A stretch of 57,131 nt of DNA. It comes from Myxococcota bacterium. GTDB taxonomy: Bacteria; Myxococcota_A; UBA9160; SMWR01. Where the stretch lies: the NCBI GenBank assembly GCA_036447375.1, contig JAZFUU010000056.1, positions 1 through 57,131 of the forward strand, given 5' to 3'. The notes below the pieces were generated by a model. The model worked only from the letters and a program-made list of their open reading frames with translations. It was not told where the DNA came from and searched no databases. Positions 50,170 to 57,131 of this stretch are shown here, piece by piece (positions within the stretch are counted from its first letter, which is position 1; each line of letters begins with the position of its first letter). A program made the position numbers and the translations under genes.

Positions 50170-50580
50170 GTGAAGGACGTTGGCCTGACGCACGTGGCTC
50201 TGCCGGTGACCGATCTGGACGCGGCCATCGAATTCTACGCCAAGTACGCCGGAATGCAGACGGTCCATCGCCGCCCCGGCGTAGTCTGGATCAGCGACCG
50301 GACGCGACCCTTCGTCGTCGTGCTGATGGAGACACCGGAAGTCGACCACCCCCTGCTGCCCTTCGCCCACCTGGGCGTGGCCTGCCACAGCCGCGAGGAG
50401 GTCGACCGTCTCTGCGAGCTGGCGCGGAGCGAGGAGTGCCTGATCGATGGTCCCATGGACTACGGAGATCCGGTCGGGTACTGGGCGTTTGTTCGCGATC
50501 CCGATGGCCACACGCTGGAAGTTTCTTTCGGTCAGGAGGTCGGTCTCGCCGTTGGACCCCACTCCGAGGTGGCACCCTAG
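50170..50580 (+). CDS. VOC/glyoxalase family protein
   Basis: LTHVAL.V.D, FY, HLGV, RDPDGHTLE; GGGAGG RBS. Confidence 0.9.
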   Translation: MKDVGLTHVALPVTDLDAAIEFYAKYAGMQTVHRRPGVVWISDRTRPFVVVLMETPEVDHPLLPFAHLGVACHSREEVDRLCELARSEECLIDGPMDYGDPVGYWAFVRDPDGHTLEVSFGQEVGLAVGPHSEVAP

Positions 50581-50600
50581 TGCGAGGTGGCAACCTAGTG
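50565..50600 (+). repeat. two 18-bp copies of the RBS plus TAGTG stop/start junction
   Basis: cgaggtggcaccctagtg / cgaggtggcaacctagtg. Confidence 0.85.
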
Positions 50601-51782
50601 GCCGATCATCCCGACATCGATCTCCTCGACGGAACCTTCTATGCGAAGGATCCACATCCGCATTTCACCTGGATGCGGGAGAACGCGCCGATCTACTGGG
50701 ACGAACGCAACCAGCTCTGGGGCATCACGCTCCACGAAGATCTGATGGCGTTCTCGAAGAACCCGAGCACTTTCTGCAGTCGCTTCTCGTCACGTCCGGA
50801 CTCGCCACCGATTCCGTCGATGATCAACCTCGACGATCCGGATCACAAGAGGCGGCGCAATCTGGTGAACCGGGGTTTCACGCCGCGTCGAGTGGAAGAT
50901 CACGAGCCCAAGATCCGTCGCATCTGCAACGAGTTGATCGACGCGGTCCTGCCCAGGGGAACCTGCGATTTCGTGAAGGATATTGCCGCGCCGCTTCCGA
51001 TGATCATCATCGGAGACTTGCTGGGGGTCGAGCCCGGGGATCGAGACATGCTGCTGCGCTGGTCCGACGACCTGATTCTGGGTACTTCGGCGACGGCGAC
51101 CCCCGAGGCGGCGGCTGCCGCGGCGAAAGCCGCCCAGGAGTACGCCGAGTACGCCGGGCGCGTGATCGCAGACCGCCGCTCCAAGCCCCCGCAGGAGGAT
51201 CTGATGAGCGTGCTGGTGCACGCCGAGATCGAGGGCGAGAGGCTCGACGACCAGGCGCTCCTGATGGAATCGCTTTTGATTCTGGTGGGTGGCGACGAGA
51301 CCACTCGCCACGTCATCAGCGGCGGGATGCACCAGCTGATCCAGAATCCCGACCAGCGTCAGAAGCTCATCGACGATCCGTCGAAAATCGCGATCGGGGT
51401 CGAGGAGATGCTGCGCTGGGTCACGCCGATCCAGAACATGAATCGGACACTGACCGCCGATGTCGAGGCCCGCGGCCAGAAGCTTCGCGAAGGCGACAAG
51501 GTGCTGTTGCTCTACGTCTCTGGAAACCGGGACGAACGGGTCTTTCGCGACCCCTTCCGCTTCGACGTAGAGCGCAGACCGAACGACCACGTCGCCTTCG
51601 GCGGCTACGGAGCCCACTTCTGTTTGGGCGCGCCCCTGGCCCGACTGGAGCTGCGCGTCATGTTCGAAGAGTTGATGCGCCGACTGCCCGAACTCGCGCT
51701 GGCCAACGACGATCCGCTGCCCATGCGTCCGTCGAACTTCATCGTCGGCATCGAAGAGATGCCCGTCGTCTTCAAGGCATGA
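50598..51782 (+). CDS. cytochrome P450 (CYP142/CYP125-like)
   Basis: GGDETT, EMLR, FGGYGAHFCLG heme motif; N-terminus PDIDLLDG.FY recalls actinobacterial CYP142; alternative in-frame GTG at 50580. Confidence 0.93.
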   Translation: MADHPDIDLLDGTFYAKDPHPHFTWMRENAPIYWDERNQLWGITLHEDLMAFSKNPSTFCSRFSSRPDSPPIPSMINLDDPDHKRRRNLVNRGFTPRRVEDHEPKIRRICNELIDAVLPRGTCDFVKDIAAPLPMIIIGDLLGVEPGDRDMLLRWSDDLILGTSATATPEAAAAAAKAAQEYAEYAGRVIADRRSKPPQEDLMSVLVHAEIEGERLDDQALLMESLLILVGGDETTRHVISGGMHQLIQNPDQRQKLIDDPSKIAIGVEEMLRWVTPIQNMNRTLTADVEARGQKLREGDKVLLLYVSGNRDERVFRDPFRFDVERRPNDHVAFGGYGAHFCLGAPLARLELRVMFEELMRRLPELALANDDPLPMRPSNFIVGIEEMPVVFKA

Positions 51783-53473
51783 CGTCGCAGCTCCCAGTCC
51801 AGAGAGTCGAAAGGACCGAGAGAGTCGCAAGAGCCGAGAGAGTCACGCGCTGTGCCCTCGGACTTCTGCTGTTCGCGGCCCTGGTGCTGCGCCTGCGCGT
51901 GGCCTGGGCTGGTCTGCATACGCTGATTCTTGACGTCACATCGGACGACGCCTACTACTACTTCCAGATCGCCCGGAACCTCGCGGAGGGCAGCGGCGCG
52001 AGCTTCGACGGTGAGACCCTCACCAACGGCTTCCATCCTCTCTGGCTCGTCGCGCTCGTGCCGCTCTACGTCGTTGGCGGCGATCCGGTCACACTCCTGC
52101 ACTGGGGTCTCACGGTGTCCGCGCTCTTCGGTGTTGCGACCGTGTATCTCGTGTACGCGATTCTTTACCGGCTCAGCGACAATTCCGCGGCCGCGCTGGC
52201 CGGCGCCAGCTTTACCGCCCTGCACCCGGCACTGGTGCGTGAGAGCGTGAACGGAATGGAGACCGCCCTGGTCGTCTGCTCGATCGCCTGGGTGATCGAT
52301 CGGTTCCTGCGCGTGGCGCGGGCCCCCGCACCCGCCCGCACCGCCGAGGTCGTGTGGCTCGGTGTCGCATCGGGTCTGATGATGTGGGCTCGCACCGACA
52401 CGCTCTTCATTCTGCCGCCGATGGCGTTGTACCTCTTCGTCCGCGAGCGAGGGGTGCGCCGATGGCAGCTGAGCTTGGCCCTCGGCGCGCCCGCGCTCCT
52501 GATCCTGACTCCGTGGGTGGTGTGGAATCTGGTGAGCTTCGGGACGATCGTTCAGACTAGCGGTGTGGCCATCGCGGGCTTCGAGCAAGACGCCTGGATC
52601 GCGCGGGAAGGGGCGGACTGGTCGACGCTGCTGGGCCGGGCCTGGACGCTCACCTGGGAATCCTTCTTTCGGCGAATGCCGCATTTGTATTTTGTCCCCC
52701 TCGGCGCTCCCACCTGGCCCTTCTTCGTCGCTATCGGGGGGGCGGCGGCCATCGTGCTGCTGGCCCCGCTGCCGCCTCGTGGACGGACGCTCCGCCGGTT
52801 CGCCCTGCTCGCCGTGCCGTCCAGCGGCATTGTTTTCGCCCTCGTCTATCACGCGGCGGTTCGCTGGTGGATCCGAGAGTGGTACTTCGCTCCGGTGGCC
52901 CTGCTGGCGGCACTCGGCCTGGGCCTGGTCATCGCCTACCTGCACGAAGCGCTCAGGGGGCGCCGCTCGGGCCTGATCGCGCTCTACTCGCTGTTCGCCG
53001 CCGCCCTCATCGGGGGGTTCGGCCCGCACATGGCCGATCGCTGGGGGCTCCACTCGCGCCACCGGGTCAACCAGCTCGAGGCGGCGCATTGGATCGCTAC
53101 CAACACCCCATCCGACGCCCGGATCGGAGCCTTCAACGCCGGCATCATCGGCTACTTCAGCCATCGAACGGTCGTGAACCTCGATGGTGTCGTGAATGCC
53201 GACGCCTATCGCGCGAAGCGGGAGAAACGCCTTTTCGAATACGCCCGCGAGATGCATCTCGACTATGTGGTCGATTTCGGCGGCGAGCTTCGAAAACTCC
53301 GTTGCGGAGCGGAGGACGGCCGCTCCTGCGAGACGGTCGCCGTCGTCGGCGAGCGGCTCGTCGATGTCCAGATTCTCGACGGGGGGTTCGCGCGGGTGAC
53401 CCGTACCCTCGGCGGCGGACGCATTCACGTCCTCGCCCTGTCCCCTTCGAACCCGGGTTCCGCAGGGAGATGA
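51779..53473 (+). CDS. GT-C-like (ArnT/PMT-type) membrane protein
   Basis: DDAYYY.QIARN, TNGFHPLW, NGMET, ARTD, AGIIGYF, VNLDGVVN; ATGA overlap with P450. Confidence 0.78.
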   Translation: MTSQLPVQRVERTERVARAERVTRCALGLLLFAALVLRLRVAWAGLHTLILDVTSDDAYYYFQIARNLAEGSGASFDGETLTNGFHPLWLVALVPLYVVGGDPVTLLHWGLTVSALFGVATVYLVYAILYRLSDNSAAALAGASFTALHPALVRESVNGMETALVVCSIAWVIDRFLRVARAPAPARTAEVVWLGVASGLMMWARTDTLFILPPMALYLFVRERGVRRWQLSLALGAPALLILTPWVVWNLVSFGTIVQTSGVAIAGFEQDAWIAREGADWSTLLGRAWTLTWESFFRRMPHLYFVPLGAPTWPFFVAIGGAAAIVLLAPLPPRGRTLRRFALLAVPSSGIVFALVYHAAVRWWIREWYFAPVALLAALGLGLVIAYLHEALRGRRSGLIALYSLFAAALIGGFGPHMADRWGLHSRHRVNQLEAAHWIATNTPSDARIGAFNAGIIGYFSHRTVVNLDGVVNADAYRAKREKRLFEYAREMHLDYVVDFGGELRKLRCGAEDGRSCETVAVVGERLVDVQILDGGFARVTRTLGGGRIHVLALSPSNPGSAGR

Positions 53474-53490
53474 GAGACCGCTGAAGGCGG

Positions 53491-54948
53491 TCAGGAATCC
53501 ACGTATCCGAGGGCCCGCAGGGATTCGATTTCGTCGTCGCTGAGGTGGCGCAGGTCGGGCGGGGTCGCCCCTTGTCGGGCCCGGCGCAGGCGCCCGTCGA
53601 GCTCGCGGAGCAATTGGTTGCGCAACGCGGGCTGGGCATCCGCCAGGTTGTTTCTCTCGCCGGGATCGGCCTCCAGGTCGTAGAGTTCGATCTCCCCGGT
53701 CTCTTCGTCTCGGATCAATTTGTATCGCTCGCCCACGATGGCCTTCTTGAAGGCGCGCTTGACTCCGCGGGAGTTGCCAGGAGGTAGGAAGCCCACCTCG
53801 GTCAAGACGAAGTCCGGGGCGTTGCCGCCGCGGCCGCTCATCGGTCCCTCGAGGGACGGCTCGTGGAAGCTGAGGCCCTCGTGGTCGATACTCAGCAGAT
53901 CCAGCAGGGTCGGAGTGATCGAGACCAACGAGACCCGGTCGGGCACGACGCGCGGTTTGCCGCGGTAGCCCGGTGCGGAAATGATCAGCGGAACCCGGAT
54001 CAATTCCTGGTAGAGGGTTCGGGTGTGTCCGAGCCAGCCATGATCCCGGAACTCCTCGCCGTGGTCCGAAGTGATCACGATGATCGTCGAATCGTACGCA
54101 CCCACTTCGCGAAGGGCTTCCAACAGACGCCCGATGCCGGCGTCGGTGAAGAAGATCTCCTCGTCGTAGAGATCCAGCAGGAAGTCGATTTCTGCCTCGG
54201 AGAGTTCTTTCAACAGATTGCGCAGCTGATGGATGTTCTGGCGTCCGTCGAGACGTCCGACGCGAGGTGGAGCGAAACCGGCCGCCGGGTGCCGCTTGTA
54301 GTTGAAGTGCGGGTCGAAGTAGTGAACGAACAGAAAGAATGGTGCATCGGTCCGTGCAAAGTCCCGGACCATTTCGATGGCCTGGTCGGTCACGCCACCG
54401 GTGGAAACGTGATCGTGTCCCCCGGCCTCCGAACCCCGATACTGGTCGTAGCCCTGGGCGAATCCCCGCCCGAGCCGGCTTCGGATCAGGTGATTGCTGA
54501 CCACGCCTCCGGTTCGAAAACCTCGCTCCCGGAGGATCTCCGCGAGGGTGTGCACGTCTTTCGACATGCCGGTCATCGCCGTCATGACGCCGTGTCCGCT
54601 GGGATAGAGGCCGGTGATGAGGGAAGCCACCGAGGGCATCGTCCAGGGCGCCGAGGCGTAGGCGTACTCGAAGCGGACGCCCTCGGCCGCGAGGGCGTCC
54701 ATCACCGGCGAAGTGTCCCGATCGTGTCCGTAGGCGCCGACCCGGTCCCAACGCAGCGTATCGACGACGATCAGCACCGCGTTTCGCGGTGTCGGGCCGC
54801 CGCAGCCCGAAATCAGCGCGACGCCGAGGGCGAGCCTCGCCAGGAACCGAGCGCGCCGCGACCCGGGAATCCCCGGCGTGCCGCGGCAATTCGGCAAGTG
54901 CGCCAGCGCCGGAAGGCGCTTCGATGCCCGAGGCAGCGCGGTCGTCAC
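53491..54948 (-). CDS. sulfatase-fold (alkaline phosphatase superfamily) probable lipoprotein
   Basis: ISGC lipobox; VDTLRWD, APWTMPS, HYFDPH, SDHGEE, LRALGY tail; GTGA overlap; start approximate. Confidence 0.85.
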   Translation of the reverse strand: MTTALPRASKRLPALAHLPNCRGTPGIPGSRRARFLARLALGVALISGCGGPTPRNAVLIVVDTLRWDRVGAYGHDRDTSPVMDALAAEGVRFEYAYASAPWTMPSVASLITGLYPSGHGVMTAMTGMSKDVHTLAEILRERGFRTGGVVSNHLIRSRLGRGFAQGYDQYRGSEAGGHDHVSTGGVTDQAIEMVRDFARTDAPFFLFVHYFDPHFNYKRHPAAGFAPPRVGRLDGRQNIHQLRNLLKELSEAEIDFLLDLYDEEIFFTDAGIGRLLEALREVGAYDSTIIVITSDHGEEFRDHGWLGHTRTLYQELIRVPLIISAPGYRGKPRVVPDRVSLVSITPTLLDLLSIDHEGLSFHEPSLEGPMSGRGGNAPDFVLTEVGFLPPGNSRGVKRAFKKAIVGERYKLIRDEETGEIELYDLEADPGERNNLADAQPALRNQLLRELDGRLRRARQGATPPDLRHLSDDEIESLRALGYVDS

Positions 54949-55952
54949 AGCCGCTCGATCACGGCCTCGGTGAAACGGCGGGTCGTCGCCCGTCCGCCGA
55001 TGTCTCGGGTGAGCATCTCCTCGTCGCCGCGATCCAATACCGCATCGTACGCGGTCTTGATGCGCTTGGCGGCGGTCGTTTCGCCCAGATGGTTGAGCAT
55101 CATGACACCGCTCATGATCAGCGCCAGGGGATTGGCGAGTCCCCGACCCGCCAGGTCCGGGGCGCTTCCGTGAACCGCCTCGAACACGGCGCGGTCCTCG
55201 CCGATGTTCGATCCGGGGACCACGCCCAGTCCGCCGACGAGCCCGGCGCAGAGGTCGCTCACGATGTCTCCGTAGAGATTCTCGAGGAGCAGCACGTCGA
55301 ACTGCGACGGATCCCGCACGATCTGCATGCAGCCGTTGTCGACGATCAGCTCTTCGTACTCGATTTGCGGAGCGATTTCGTCGTGCAGCTTCCGGGCGCA
55401 TTCGAGAAACAGACCGTCGGACAGCTTCATGATGTTGGCTTTGTGAAAGACCGTAACCTTTCGCCGCTTCCGATCTCGGGCGTACTGGAAGGCGAAGCGG
55501 GCGATGCGCTCGCAAGCGACGCGGGTTGCGATTTTGAGGCTCTCGACGACACCGGGTACGACCTCGTGCTCCAATCCCGAGTAGAGGCCCTCGGTGTTCT
55601 CGCGGATGACGACCAGGTCGACGTCCTCGTAGCGGGTGCGGATGCCGCGCATCGATCGGACGGGTCGCACGGCCGCATACAGGCAGAAGCGCCGGCGGAG
55701 CTGGACGTTCACGCTGGTGAAGCCGTGACCCACCGGAGTGGTGACCGGTCCCTTGAGGGCGACACCGTGGCGCTCGATGGCCTCCACGGTCTGGGCTGGC
55801 AGCGCGGAGCCGTATTTTTCAGCGGCCGCGGCTCCGGCCGGAAGGGACTCCCATACGATGCCCGGAAGCGCGGCATCGATGACCTGCTGCGCCGCTTCGG
55901 TCACCTCGGGTCCAATCCCGTCTCCCGGAATCACACAGATCGTTCGCGACAT
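54945..55952 (-). CDS. isocitrate/isopropylmalate dehydrogenase family (NAD-IDH-like)
   Basis: PGDGIGPE, SVNVQLRR, RENTEG, HKANIMK, NLYGDIVSD, EAVHGSAPD. Confidence 0.93.
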   Translation of the reverse strand: MSRTICVIPGDGIGPEVTEAAQQVIDAALPGIVWESLPAGAAAAEKYGSALPAQTVEAIERHGVALKGPVTTPVGHGFTSVNVQLRRRFCLYAAVRPVRSMRGIRTRYEDVDLVVIRENTEGLYSGLEHEVVPGVVESLKIATRVACERIARFAFQYARDRKRRKVTVFHKANIMKLSDGLFLECARKLHDEIAPQIEYEELIVDNGCMQIVRDPSQFDVLLLENLYGDIVSDLCAGLVGGLGVVPGSNIGEDRAVFEAVHGSAPDLAGRGLANPLALIMSGVMMLNHLGETTAAKRIKTAYDAVLDRGDEEMLTRDIGGRATTRRFTEAVIERL

Positions 55953-55997
55953 GTCCCCCCCCACCGAGTCCGGGGGGCAAGATAGGTCAAGACCGGT

Positions 55998-57131
55998 TCA
56001 GTACGAGAGCGAACGAATCGGAGCCAGAGTAGGGATTCGGGCGGGAATCGTGGCCGGCTGCGGGTGATCTGTGGGAGGGGCCTGCCGGAGGTGGTCGAAG
56101 ACCGTGGCGAGGCGACCCTGGTTGCTGTAGCCGCTCAGCACGCAACGTCGATAGCCGGCGACCGCCACGCGCTGTCGCTCGGGTTCGTGGCTCAGGTAGT
56201 AGCGGCACTTGGCCAGAAGCTGATCGAAGGAGTCGAAGAACTCGGCTTCGCGACCCTCCTCGTACATTCGCTGATGCTCGCTGGTGCGCTCGGCCAGAAG
56301 GAAGGCCCCCATGGCGGGGATCTCCGCACTGCGTGTCGTCTGTCGGTCGCGATTCGCCTTGCACAGAAACCCCAGATTGATCCGGGTGGCGTTCACGGCG
56401 CGGGCGTAATCGTCGCGGTCGAGATATTCGTCGCGGATCGTCAGCAGGGGATGCGACTTCTTGAAGCGATTCCAGCCGGGCCCGCGCACGGTCACCGGCA
56501 CGCCGGCTTCGGCCAGCCGGTAGACCCTCTCGGCCCGGTCTCCCTCGAAGCTCCCCACAAATCCGACGGCGGCCTCGAATTGCATCCGTTCCGTCGGAGT
56601 GAGTGCCAGGGGCCGGTGGACGGCCGGGTCGTAGGCGTTGTCGATGAACAGAACGTCGCGTGCCCCCAGTGCCCGCAGTTCGGACACGTTGTAGGACTTG
56701 GTGGTCACGTGCAGGTCGTAGAAGGGAATCGATGCCCGCCAGCGGCGCGACTGATTCAGGGGGTTGAACTGGTCGTCCGGGCTGTAGTGAACGAAGTGCG
56801 CGTTCGGCATCCGCTCGCGCATCCGATTGAGGGTTCGCATTCGGAGCGGGAGGCCCTTGTCGATCCAGACCACGTCGAAGCGGGTCTTGCGGGTCAGGTG
56901 CAGCAGCCGCGAGTTGGCGAAGTAGATGTCCGGGTGGCGCTTGATGCGATGCGCAACCCGCAGGAACGGGTAAACCGGGTCCGTGGGACGAGGAATCCCC
57001 GAGCGAAGCGGGTGAACCGAGTGGCCGAGGTCGGCCAGGGCCCGAGCTCGCTGGAGGCAGGTGCCGTCCCAGGGGCCCACATAGAGAATGGACAGGGCTG
57101 AGCCGACTCCGGGGGGCCCCTTTGCCTTGAC
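55998..57131 (-). CDS. CgeB-like glycosyltransferase (5' end probably beyond the window)
   Basis: YSPDD, VGFVG, INLGFL...TTRSAEIPA.G; frame is open to the window edge. Confidence 0.85.
   Translation of the reverse strand, partial: VKAKGPPGVGSALSILYVGPWDGTCLQRARALADLGHSVHPLRSGIPRPTDPVYPFLRVAHRIKRHPDIYFANSRLLHLTRKTRFDVVWIDKGLPLRMRTLNRMRERMPNAHFVHYSPDDQFNPLNQSRRWRASIPFYDLHVTTKSYNVSELRALGARDVLFIDNAYDPAVHRPLALTPTERMQFEAAVGFVGSFEGDRAERVYRLAEAGVPVTVRGPGWNRFKKSHPLLTIRDEYLDRDDYARAVNATRINLGFLCKANRDRQTTRSAEIPAMGAFLLAERTSEHQRMYEEGREAEFFDSFDQLLAKCRYYLSHEPERQRVAVAGYRRCVLSGYSNQGRLATVFDHLRQAPPTDHPQPATIPARIPTLAPIRSLSY

Noticed and set aside
51605-54889. 1094-aa minus-strand ORF
   Set aside because: Arg/Pro/Gly-rich shadow frame overlapping well-supported genes; typical of high-GC DNA

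Overview
High-GC bacterial chromosomal window. Gene content and the ccsA-hemA-hemC-cobA/hemD-hemB layout suggest a Myxococcota/deltaproteobacterial-type organism (inference). The left ~33 kb is mostly housekeeping: groEL (partial)/groES with a CIRCE operator, divergent lexA, two tandem PTPS/QueD-fold genes plus folE, a PpiD/SurA chaperone, mreBCD-mrdA-rodA, trxA, a deoxyhypusine-synthase-like gene plus macro domain, heme genes, an ABC1 kinase, MATE, a broken D-cysteine desulfhydrase-family gene, ALDH, USP, rnhB, truD, cysK, ACP, polA and egtD. The right ~23 kb is an envelope-modification-like region: five GT-C-like polytopic membrane proteins, four alkaline-phosphatase-superfamily proteins with Thr instead of the sulfatase CxPxR motif (two LtaS-like, two with lipoboxes), a VOC-P450-GT-C coupled unit and a CgeB-type glycosyltransferase. 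Best leads: the translationally coupled GT-C/LtaS/Thr-'sulfatase'/GT-C operon, a candidate TTCG-N7-TTCG LexA operator pair, a candidate sRNA between polA and egtD, an intact plus degenerate PTPS pair, and duplicated stop/start junctions that create chains of coupled mini-ORFs. I found no tRNA, rRNA, CRISPR array or mobile element. All family calls come from motif recognition by eye, not database searches.
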